Part shown: in pieces, positions 25,974 through 34,035 of the stretch
Layout: each line of letters begins with the position of its first letter
How positions within the stretch are numbered: the stretch's first letter is position 1
From: Bacteroidia bacterium
GTDB taxonomy: Bacteria; Bacteroidota; Bacteroidia; AKYH767-A; OLB10
DNA: 37,662 nucleotides
NCBI GenBank assembly: GCA_032111385.1
Contig: JAULUX010000010.1
Span: 1-37,662, forward strand
Reading direction: 5' to 3'
The notes under the pieces: model-generated
The model's input: the letters and a program-made list of their open reading frames with translations, nothing else
Told to the model about the DNA's origin: nothing
Databases searched by the model: none
Position numbers and translations under genes: made by a program

Positions 25974-28900
25974 TTACCGCACCAGGTACATCTTTCCCCA
26001 GCCTTTCTTGAAATAAGCATCTGCCGCGGTATTCCGTTTTTCAATCTCAGAACCGTCTATGCCCATGAACACTTTGTAAAGGTAAACGCCGTTTGCAAGC
26101 TGGTCCCCGAACTCGTCCTTACCGTCCCATGCATACTCCGTGATATTCCTGCCCACCCGGATCGGACCTATTTCGGCTCGGGTGATTTCACGAACGATCT
26201 TTCCCGTAACGGTCATGATTCGAATGCGGAAGTCGTCAGGAACCACGGAACCGGTAAGGGTGAAAACAAAACGGGTGGAGGAGCTGAAAGGATTCGGATA
26301 ATTCACCACTTCAGTAACTGTGCTGCGGTTAATAACTTCAAACTGCACCTTGTAATCGTTCTCGCCGCTCTGGTTTCCACTCATGTCGGTTGCTTGAACC
26401 GTCAATTCGTACACACCATCCTCGGCGAGCTCGGGCGTATAATCGATCCGAAAGCTATTGTTGGGCAATTCGGCCGGCTTCCATGACAACAACGAGCTGT
26501 TACTGACTGCATTCGGTACAGGTTCGAAACGGAGAAAACTTAAATTACCGGAAGGTGATCGAAGGCTCACCCGGAAATCGCTCGTATCGTTCAGCGCTAT
26601 AAATCGGTTTTCATCCCGTAATCGTATCCGGATATGTGGCCGCGCTGATACGATGTCCCGGTTCAGGATATATGTACCGTCGAAAGTAACATCAATCAAC
26701 GGATTGGTGATATCCGGATTTACCGTGAACTTGAAACTTCCATAGTTGTTGAAATGCGATTGTTCCGGCTGATCGTCCCTTGGATTGGCCTCAACCCACA
26801 GTGAATTGTTACCGCGCATGGAGAGGCTGCTGAAATCCACCTCACACATCACGGTATCTCCCGGAGGAAGCGGCCTGTTCAGACGACGGGTGGCGATATT
26901 CCTTCGCGTATTGGAGGCGTCAAACACAAAATAGTCAACAAGCAACGTATCCATCGGCGAGTCACTGATGTTTTCAAATGCGATGGACATGCGGATCTGT
27001 TCGCCTTCCTGAACCGTATCACGCCGGAAGGTGGAATACCGGGGATTGATAGCACCTTCAGGCACAGGCTGATAATATACTTGCCAAGAGGACAACTGAG
27101 GAGGAGTTCTGTTTTGAAGATCCTCGACATAGGCCCTCAACCGAATTCGAGGATAGGACGAAGCTTGAATGAAACTCAGATCAGTGGGCCCTCCGGGAGA
27201 GAATATCTGATTGAGCAATAGCACCTCCTGTCCGCTGGGAGCGATTCCATAAACCTGCAGGTAGATGTTGTCGGGTGTCTGCCCCGGCTCTACTGATGCA
27301 TATTGCCAAAACAGCGACTCCCAGCTCAATGCAGGGCCAATGACCGTTGAACTCACCCAACCTTTGTCCCAGTTCCTTGTCAACAGGTAATCGATCCTGA
27401 GGAGGCTGTCGGGATAAAGCCCCTTGGTGAAAATCACAGAAGACGGATCACCCTTCTTCATGAATAGCATGTACTTGTCACCGGTCTGCAAGCTGTTGTA
27501 CTGTGGAACACCCAGACCGGTGAAGGCATTCCTGATTTGAGACATGGTATCGAACGCAGCGCTGAAAGTGGGCCAGCTGAGCAGATAATCTCCATCGGGC
27601 ACCACATTTTCGATCATATTGATGAAGTTCGCAGTTCCTGAAGAAGTGCCGATATCGAAGAGGAAATAGCGGTCGGGACGGGTTCTGAAGGCGCATCCGT
27701 CGTCCGTATAGCAGACGTAGTAGTTGTAGTTGCCGTAATACCGGACGCAGGAATCGGCCTGCCAGGGGTTCTCAAAATCAATGGAATCGATCACCGCGAC
27801 GGCAAGCTGGGGTATCGGAAAACAACCCGAATAATCCATGTTAACGCTATTTATTTCATAGCTGGGACGGCTTTCCTCGTGTGTCATAACCAAAGAATAG
27901 TTCGAATTGACAAAATCGAACACCCTCAGCGAATCGACCAATTCGACGTTACTCAGTCCGCTTTCGCCAAACTGGTAATAATGGGCCTGCGACCACCCCC
28001 GGATTCCCGGCTTGTGGATGAATGAACTTTCCTGCCATTTGAATCGCGAAGCGACAGCCGTATCCGGGTCGGTGATGGAATCGTTGGCTACGCGCCAGAA
28101 GTAGACGACATCGGGACGGATCAACCCCGGAACCTTCCACGATACCACACCATAGGCATTTGACACCACCCCGGTGCGTTTAACCGGACTAGTGAAGAAA
28201 ACGCTTGTATCGATCTCGAAGCGGTAATTCCTGAACCCACCGTTCTGAGCGGATGTCGTTGCCTTGAGGAAAACGGTATCGGAGGGAACAATGGCGAACT
28301 CGGGAGGATAAACCGGATTAATATCGGTGGAATTGACCTGGAACGTGAAGGAAGTCACATTGTTACCGATATCATCAACTTCCGGCACTTCCTCATACGC
28401 ATCGACTGTGACGGTCATGGAATTCAAGCCCGAAGCGACTTGTCCGATCATCGGCAAACGGATTGAGACCGTGTCTTTGTAAGTGATGTATGGAATCCTC
28501 ACGATGGTGTCCTTGACCAGACCGCTTGGGAAAGACCTGCTGAGGAGAAGATGGACGGAATCGGAAACATTTTTTGCAAGGTTCGTGATGACGATCTTGA
28601 TCTGAAATGAATCGGCTTCAGTCGATAAAACAGGAGGATCTGTAAACAGGCTGCCGGGTCCGACAGCATAATCAGGCAAAGAATAAGCATTCAACACGAG
28701 CGAGGGGTCACCATGCAGAGTCATGTTCATGCAAACGCTCTTGCGGTCGAAATCGGGAAGAATGATGTCGGCAACGGTCTGCTGCATGGCTTCTCCTATC
28801 GAACGACCGTATTTTTCGCGGAACAGGTTCTCGTGAAAACGGGTAGAATAATCATCGAGCGGCTGGATGATTCCTTTTTCCGGGACAGCGATGAAACCGA

Positions 28901-31004
28901 TCGATCCTTTATCGGGGGTCAATACAAAACGTTCGTTCAGAAGTCTTGATGTAGTATGGATATCGCCGACGAAGCAAGACTGAGCAAGAACCAATGGATA
29001 GCGGTCCTTGTTGTTGTAGTATTCGGGATCGTCAGTAGAGATGTCGAATGAAGTGCCGGCGGCATGCCCGTAAAAAGTCATCATGGAACAACCGGAATCG
29101 ATAAGTTGTTGAACGTACTGACTTAGGTTGATCTGGATGGGATCGGTTGAACTTTTGAGGATCGTGGTCACATTCCCTCCGAACAGGGTATCCTCAATGA
29201 TCTCCTTGTAAACTGCCAGCTTGGATGCAAGAAAATTCTGCTCACCGATATCTGTTCCTCCACCAAAATGAAGGACGTTTTTCATCCATGCTGCAGGTGT
29301 TGAGCTTTGCTGGCTCTCGAATGCTATAACCTTATCCAGGTAAGCGAGAATGTCGGCATTGTTGAGTGCGGAAATCCTTCCTGTAGCCAATTCGGGCTTG
29401 TATTCAGGAGTGTTCAACCTGCTGGTGAACATCACGTCGGAGGCCGGTTCGCCAAACGTGGGAACCAAGTTTAGTGCATATCCTGTTCCGCTTCTCGCAT
29501 TTTCACTCAATATCGATTTACCGATGAAAAGCAGGTGCCTTGGTTTGGGACTGATCTCATCAAGCAGTAAGTCCGCGAAACGCCGGATCCCAAGCGAATG
29601 CTTACGTACACCGTAGGCGAACTGGTCATACAGTTCCTCCACATCTGCAAGAAGTACTGACGCGCCTTTTTGCCTTTTGTAAGCCGCGTAGGCATTCGCT
29701 CCCTGCCAAAGGGCTGTCTGTGAAATCATCACGATTCCATCCTGTACATCGGCATTCGAAAAGTTCGTGAACCGGGCGTAGCGGGCAGGGTCCGGATCGG
29801 AATTCACAGAAGCGATAAGGACGTTTCCTGTCGCGGGATAAACAAGGCTTTCAGTTGTCAAAAGCAAACGACTCGCATTGGATCCCAGCGGGACGATCGC
29901 CATGTTCGAAGAACCGGAGGCGCCTACGATGATCCTACGGATGGTGTCTCCGCTGATTTGATACAACCTATACGAACCTGCCGCGAGACCTGTCAATTCC
30001 AGGAGCGTTTTGCCTGTTCCTGTCATCCAAAGGGTTTGTGGCAGGTTCTCACCGGTAAAATCAAAACTCCTGTTGTATGTCAGACGGGCATAGGCCATCT
30101 GCATGTAATTCATGTTTCCGGAAAAGGTTGGATCGGTCAGCGGAGAAAAACGAAACACATGATTTCCGTTTACCGGGAGGTTGTTGATGACAAAACGATG
30201 CCTGGCAAGTTCATAACCGGCAAAAATGGTATCCAGTAGTACCTGGTTGCCGCTTAAGAAACGGTAAGGATGCGCCAGCGCATTGGCGCCCATGACAGCG
30301 GTCTCAATCAAAGGAGACCCACCGGCAGAAACAAACTTTCTGACATCAAAGTTAACATCGAAAGGATTGGATTTACTGATCCTTGCGGACAAGAACCCCT
30401 CTCCTTTCATGTAGCTATTGTCAGCGATATCGTTGTAGTCGCGGGGACCAATGTTGTATTCGGAACCAAAGGCTTTTACGGATTCAGCGGTGAAGTAGGC
30501 TGCAGGAACATAAGCACTGTAATTGTTGTCCGCAATTACGGGCATGCGCCGATTATTGACGGAAAAGGGGTTGTAAGTCAAAAAATAGGATGCGGTGTCT
30601 GTAAAAAGACTGACATAGGGGTTCGGCTGGAAATAAGCCGAATCGTACAAGGGAGTGTCCGGTAAACCGTCATTGGCTCTGCCATAAAACTCCAGATGAT
30701 CGCCCGGACCGAAAATATTATCGTTGTTCTGGTCTGTGATCTGAATGTACTGTTCGACACCTCTGTGAAACACCTGATAGCGTTCGGTTGAAAACCAAGT
30801 GGTGACCGGCACGCCTGCAGCCTGAAGATCCGAGTAGGTCAACCGAAAGACCCCCTCCTTCCAAACGGACATCCTGAAGTACTGCTGGGATGAAAACGGC
30901 TGACCTTGCGGGAAGAGGATCCATTCGTTTCCATAGGGTTGGGCGAAGGAGGATGTTGCAAACAGCAACAGGGCCCAAAAAAAGGAGTTCTTGGAATTTC
31001 GCAT
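25974..31004 (-). CDS. very large C25-family cysteine peptidase, PorU-like T9SS sortase candidate
   Basis: 1676 aa with signal peptide MRNSKNSFFWALLLFATSSFAQ. The central gingipain-like domain has a His/Cys dyad candidate (FYGHAAG, then LAQSCFVGD 30 residues later), in a clan CD arrangement. Many beta-sandwich-like regions follow. The C-terminus (NYPNPFSSSTRFVFTL...ANGVYLYKV) is CTD/FlgD-Ig-like. It starts 6 nt after the PorV-like gene. Confidence 0.65.
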   Translation of the reverse strand: MRNSKNSFFWALLLFATSSFAQPYGNEWILFPQGQPFSSQQYFRMSVWKEGVFRLTYSDLQAAGVPVTTWFSTERYQVFHRGVEQYIQITDQNNDNIFGPGDHLEFYGRANDGLPDTPLYDSAYFQPNPYVSLFTDTASYFLTYNPFSVNNRRMPVIADNNYSAYVPAAYFTAESVKAFGSEYNIGPRDYNDIADNSYMKGEGFLSARISKSNPFDVNFDVRKFVSAGGSPLIETAVMGANALAHPYRFLSGNQVLLDTIFAGYELARHRFVINNLPVNGNHVFRFSPLTDPTFSGNMNYMQMAYARLTYNRSFDFTGENLPQTLWMTGTGKTLLELTGLAAGSYRLYQISGDTIRRIIVGASGSSNMAIVPLGSNASRLLLTTESLVYPATGNVLIASVNSDPDPARYARFTNFSNADVQDGIVMISQTALWQGANAYAAYKRQKGASVLLADVEELYDQFAYGVRKHSLGIRRFADLLLDEISPKPRHLLFIGKSILSENARSGTGYALNLVPTFGEPASDVMFTSRLNTPEYKPELATGRISALNNADILAYLDKVIAFESQQSSTPAAWMKNVLHFGGGTDIGEQNFLASKLAVYKEIIEDTLFGGNVTTILKSSTDPIQINLSQYVQQLIDSGCSMMTFYGHAAGTSFDISTDDPEYYNNKDRYPLVLAQSCFVGDIHTTSRLLNERFVLTPDKGSIGFIAVPEKGIIQPLDDYSTRFHENLFREKYGRSIGEAMQQTVADIILPDFDRKSVCMNMTLHGDPSLVLNAYSLPDYAVGPGSLFTDPPVLSTEADSFQIKIVITNLAKNVSDSVHLLLSRSFPSGLVKDTIVRIPYITYKDTVSIRLPMIGQVASGLNSMTVTVDAYEEVPEVDDIGNNVTSFTFQVNSTDINPVYPPEFAIVPSDTVFLKATTSAQNGGFRNYRFEIDTSVFFTSPVKRTGVVSNAYGVVSWKVPGLIRPDVVYFWRVANDSITDPDTAVASRFKWQESSFIHKPGIRGWSQAHYYQFGESGLSNVELVDSLRVFDFVNSNYSLVMTHEESRPSYEINSVNMDYSGCFPIPQLAVAVIDSIDFENPWQADSCVRYYGNYNYYVCYTDDGCAFRTRPDRYFLFDIGTSSGTANFINMIENVVPDGDYLLSWPTFSAAFDTMSQIRNAFTGLGVPQYNSLQTGDKYMLFMKKGDPSSVIFTKGLYPDSLLRIDYLLTRNWDKGWVSSTVIGPALSWESLFWQYASVEPGQTPDNIYLQVYGIAPSGQEVLLLNQIFSPGGPTDLSFIQASSYPRIRLRAYVEDLQNRTPPQLSSWQVYYQPVPEGAINPRYSTFRRDTVQEGEQIRMSIAFENISDSPMDTLLVDYFVFDASNTRRNIATRRLNRPLPPGDTVMCEVDFSSLSMRGNNSLWVEANPRDDQPEQSHFNNYGSFKFTVNPDITNPLIDVTFDGTYILNRDIVSARPHIRIRLRDENRFIALNDTSDFRVSLRSPSGNLSFLRFEPVPNAVSNSSLLSWKPAELPNNSFRIDYTPELAEDGVYELTVQATDMSGNQSGENDYKVQFEVINRSTVTEVVNYPNPFSSSTRFVFTLTGSVVPDDFRIRIMTVTGKIVREITRAEIGPIRVGRNITEYAWDGKDEFGDQLANGVYLYKVFMGIDGSEIEKRNTAADAYFKKGWGKMYLVR

Positions 31005-31010
31005 TGTTCA

Positions 31011-32111
31011 CTATTTCGTTTCAGGCGCCCTCTCTTTGCGGAAAACAATCAACCGAAGAGAGAATACATTGGAATACAATGCACCGGAGGCGCTTCCGAT
31101 ATTCGTCAAGGCATAATCGATAGTCAGATTCTTTAACCGTATACCGACGCCCATGTTGGGCTGGACCGTGGTGGAGGTACTGGCATCGATGTTCTTGACC
31201 GTTTGGATGTTCCCAATACCGGCACGCAGAAAGATCATCTCACTGTACCCGAATTCAACCCCCAGCTTGGGATCGATGCTTACGAAATCCGTTTTCACGG
31301 GAACATTTCGCTTTCCATCAAATGTCAGATCCATGTCCAAAGAGGGCTGAACCGTCAGTTTTTTACCCAGATCCGTACGGAAGGCTGTACCCAATACAAG
31401 ACGAGGAAGCGTCACTTCCAATCCGTTTTCGGGAATGGCGTTGCCGGTTTGAACGAATACATCCTCCAGCTTCTCGGTGTTGTAGGTCCAGGCGTTGAAG
31501 GTGGAGGTGATGTCCTTTCCGACTGCTGCGAAAGACCACTTTTCTCCAATGTACTGAGCGCCTGCATCGAGACCAAAACCCCAAGCTTTGGCAAAGTCGC
31601 CCACTTTACGGTGAACCACCTTGGCATTCGCTCCGATCTGAAGACCGGTCACTTTGGTTTTCTGGGCGTAGGAAAAGAGGAATCCATAATCCGCGGAACT
31701 AAATGAGCGCAAACGGTCGTAGTCCACATTTCCGTCTTTGTCTATCAGATCGGTGGAATCGATAATATCATCTACGGCAAAACGAATCACGGATAAACCC
31801 ACAAACCGTGTGGCATCCAATGGCGCTGCGAAAGAACCATAATCGTACTTGGCAATCCCTGCGAAATACTCGCTGTGCATGAACGAAAGTTGAAGGTTGC
31901 CTTTTAAACGGGTCAACCCCGCCGGATTCCAGTAACCGGCAGTGCCGTCATCGACTACGGCCGACATGGCACCGCTCAACCCAAGACCGCGTGCACCAAC
32001 CCCGATCGCCAGGAACTCGTTGCTGTACTTGGGGGCGGTGGTCTGTCCGTTCGCCAAAAATGAAACAAGCATCAGGCAGGGAATCAAGGTGCTTAATCGA
32101 ACCCGATTCAT
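31011..32111 (-). CDS. PorV/PorQ-family outer-membrane beta-barrel protein (PorV-like)
   Basis: I place the start at the internal ATG 32111 (MNRVRLSTLIPCLMLVSFLANGQ, 366 aa). FLAIGVGARGLGLSGAMSAVVDDGTAGYWNPAGL matches the N-terminal signature of the PorV/PorQ family. The rest shows an alternating beta-strand pattern, and the gene is adjacent to the C25 peptidase. Confidence 0.65.
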   Translation of the reverse strand: MNRVRLSTLIPCLMLVSFLANGQTTAPKYSNEFLAIGVGARGLGLSGAMSAVVDDGTAGYWNPAGLTRLKGNLQLSFMHSEYFAGIAKYDYGSFAAPLDATRFVGLSVIRFAVDDIIDSTDLIDKDGNVDYDRLRSFSSADYGFLFSYAQKTKVTGLQIGANAKVVHRKVGDFAKAWGFGLDAGAQYIGEKWSFAAVGKDITSTFNAWTYNTEKLEDVFVQTGNAIPENGLEVTLPRLVLGTAFRTDLGKKLTVQPSLDMDLTFDGKRNVPVKTDFVSIDPKLGVEFGYSEMIFLRAGIGNIQTVKNIDASTSTTVQPNMGVGIRLKNLTIDYALTNIGSASGALYSNVFSLRLIVFRKERAPETK

Positions 32112-32308
32112 CGGGAAATTTCTTCTATCCATGTGGTACACGCTCATTGACTTACAAGAGATGATGCCGGAGTTCCGGTACGACTTTCAAAGGTAGCAAG
32201 GTTTCCAACGCGATACAGTCGTAAGGTAACACAAACGGCAGGATGATTTTGTTTGTTGTATGTCATTTTCGCACAGCTGCTCGTCAATACAATTATCTTC
32301 GCCCCTGC

Positions 32309-33022
32309 ATGAAGCACATCCCCAACATCATCACCCTGATGAACCTTTTCTGCGGCTGCCTGGCCATCATCTGGCTGGCCGACAACCGGATTCAGGATGC
32401 GGCGCTGCTCGTTTTCCTGGCAGCGGTTTTGGACTTCCTGGACGGGATGGTCGCGCGCTTGCTGAAAGCCTACTCCGATATTGGCAAGGAACTGGATTCG
32501 CTTGCGGATGTCGTCAGTTTCGGGGTTGTGCCCGGATTGATCCTGTTCGCCCTTTTCCGGGAAGAAAGCGGAGCGAACCTACCGGGCTCTGATCGCGATT
32601 CATTTGTGCCTTATGTCGCATTACTTGTTCCGCTTTTATCCGCCTACAGGTTAGCGAAATTCAATATCGACACCCGGCAAAAGGAGTATTTCATCGGGCT
32701 TCCTACCCCAGCCAATGCCCTTTGCATCGCATCCATGGCCCTGATTCCTAACAATCCGGCCGACCCGGCCTCGAACCTTTTCCATCAGCCTGCATTCCTT
32801 GCCGTATTTTCCATAGTCTGTTCTTTCCTTCTCATTGCCGAAATCCCTCTTTTCTCACTCAAATCGCTGTCATCGGGCTGGGGTGCGAATAAAGGATTCG
32901 GCCTGTTAATCGGCATCTCATTGGTAACAGCACTCCTACTCGGCTTTGCTGCCGGTCCCGTCATCCTCATTTTCTACCTAATTTTGTCATACCTCTTCCC
33001 TCCTGTAAAAAACACGCCATGA
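32309..33022 (+). CDS. pssA: CDP-diacylglycerol--serine O-phosphatidyltransferase (CDP-alcohol phosphatidyltransferase family)
   Basis: I place the start at the internal ATG 32309 (MKHIPNIITLMNLFCGCLAI, 237 aa). The motif DFLDGMVARLLKAYSDIGKELDSLADVVSFG equals D-G-x2-A-R-x8-G-x3-D-x3-D. The N-terminus resembles PssA rather than PgsA. Confidence 0.75.
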   Translation: MKHIPNIITLMNLFCGCLAIIWLADNRIQDAALLVFLAAVLDFLDGMVARLLKAYSDIGKELDSLADVVSFGVVPGLILFALFREESGANLPGSDRDSFVPYVALLVPLLSAYRLAKFNIDTRQKEYFIGLPTPANALCIASMALIPNNPADPASNLFHQPAFLAVFSIVCSFLLIAEIPLFSLKSLSSGWGANKGFGLLIGISLVTALLLGFAAGPVILIFYLILSYLFPPVKNTP

Positions 33023-33270
33023 AATTCCTCGCGCATATCGACGTCATGCCTCAGAAAGCACTGCTTGACCCCCAAGGACGGGCAGTTACAGCCAGCATGA
33101 AAAACCTCGACCTTTCGGAAATCGTCAATGTACGTATCGGTAAACACATTACATTGGAGATCGAGGCGGACACCGAGGCTGCTGCGCACGAAAAAGTAGA
33201 ACGTGCCTGCAAGACCCTTTTGGCCAACCCCATTATGGAAACCTACAGCTTTGAGCTGGAGGGAGCCTGA
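33019..33270 (+). CDS. purS: phosphoribosylformylglycinamidine synthase subunit PurS
   Basis: 83 aa. Contains VMPQKALLDPQGRAVTASMKNL, GKHITLEIEA and LLANPIMETYSFEL, which is typical of PurS. The ATG overlaps the pssA stop (ATGA at 33019-33022). Confidence 0.88.
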   Translation: MKFLAHIDVMPQKALLDPQGRAVTASMKNLDLSEIVNVRIGKHITLEIEADTEAAAHEKVERACKTLLANPIMETYSFELEGA

Positions 33271-33284
33271 GGATCAGATCCTCA
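33268..33284. repeat. 17-nt perfect palindrome TGAGGATCAGATCCTCA spanning both convergent stop codons (purS and lptB)
   Basis: Read directly: the sequence equals its own reverse complement around the central A at 33276. It contains the purS TGA (33268-33270) and the lptB TGA on the minus strand (33276-33274). It can form a 7-bp stem with a 3-nt loop on either transcript. No U-tract follows on either strand. Confidence 0.6.
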
Positions 33285-34002
33285 ATTCGAAATTCTGTCC
33301 GAGGTAGACCCGGCGCACCTGCTCGTCGTTGGCAAGGTCGTGTGCAGTTCCTTCTTTCAATATGCGGCCTTCAAAAAGCAGATAGGCGCGATCCGTGATC
33401 GTAAGTGTTTCGTGCACGTTGTGATCCGTGATCAAAATACCGATGTTCTTCTCCTTGAGTTTGTAAACGATGCTCTGGATGTCTTCCACCGCAATGGGAT
33501 CAACCCCTGCAAAGGGCTCGTCAAGCAAAATGAATTTCGGACTTACCGCCAGGCACCTGGCGATCTCTGTCCTTCGCCTCTCACCACCCGACAACACATC
33601 CCCTCTGCTTTTCCTGATCTTCTGCAATCCGAACTCGTCCAATAATGATTCCAAACGTTCGTCCTGTTCGGCCTTGGGCATTTTCGTCATCTCCAGAACG
33701 GCCTTGATATTGTCTTCCACGCTAAGCTTTCGGAAAACCGAGGCCTCCTGGGCCAGGTAACCCACTCCCATTTGAGCCCTTTTGTACATCGGCTCGCCTG
33801 TAATTTCCCGGTCGTCGAGGTAAATTTTTCCATCGTTGGGCTTGATCAAGCCAACAATCATATAAAATGTTGTCGTCTTGCCCGCACCATTGGGTCCAAG
33901 CAGTCCGACAATCTCACCTTGTTCCACCCGGATGGAGACACGGTCGGCGACGGTCCGGCGTTTATACCGTTTAACAAGCTGATCTGAACGCAGGATGGAC
34001 AT
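33274..34002 (-). CDS. lptB: LPS export ABC transporter ATP-binding protein
   Basis: Walker A is GPNGAGKTT, the signature is LSGGERRR, and Walker B is [12 protein letters not shown]. The C-terminus ends [12 protein letters not shown], as in LptB. I place the start at ATG 34002 ([13 protein letters not shown], 242 aa). Confidence 0.88.
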   Translation of the reverse strand: MSILRSDQLVKRYKRRTVADRVSIRVEQGEIVGLLGPNGAGKTTTFYMIVGLIKPNDGKIYLDDREITGEPMYKRAQMGVGYLAQEASVFRKLSVEDNIKAVLEMTKMPKAEQDERLESLLDEFGLQKIRKSRGDVLSGGERRRTEIARCLAVSPKFILLDEPFAGVDPIAVEDIQSIVYKLKEKNIGILITDHNVHETLTITDRAYLLFEGRILKEGTAHDLANDEQVRRVYLGQNFELRI

Positions 34003-34035
34003 GGGTGCGAAAATAAAGGGAAGCAAGCAGCATTT

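Noticed and set aside
32234-32247. 14-nt exact repeat AACGGCAGGATGAT, also present at 36977-36990
   Set aside because: A few exact 14-mers are expected by chance in about 38 kb, and there is no extended similarity around either copy.
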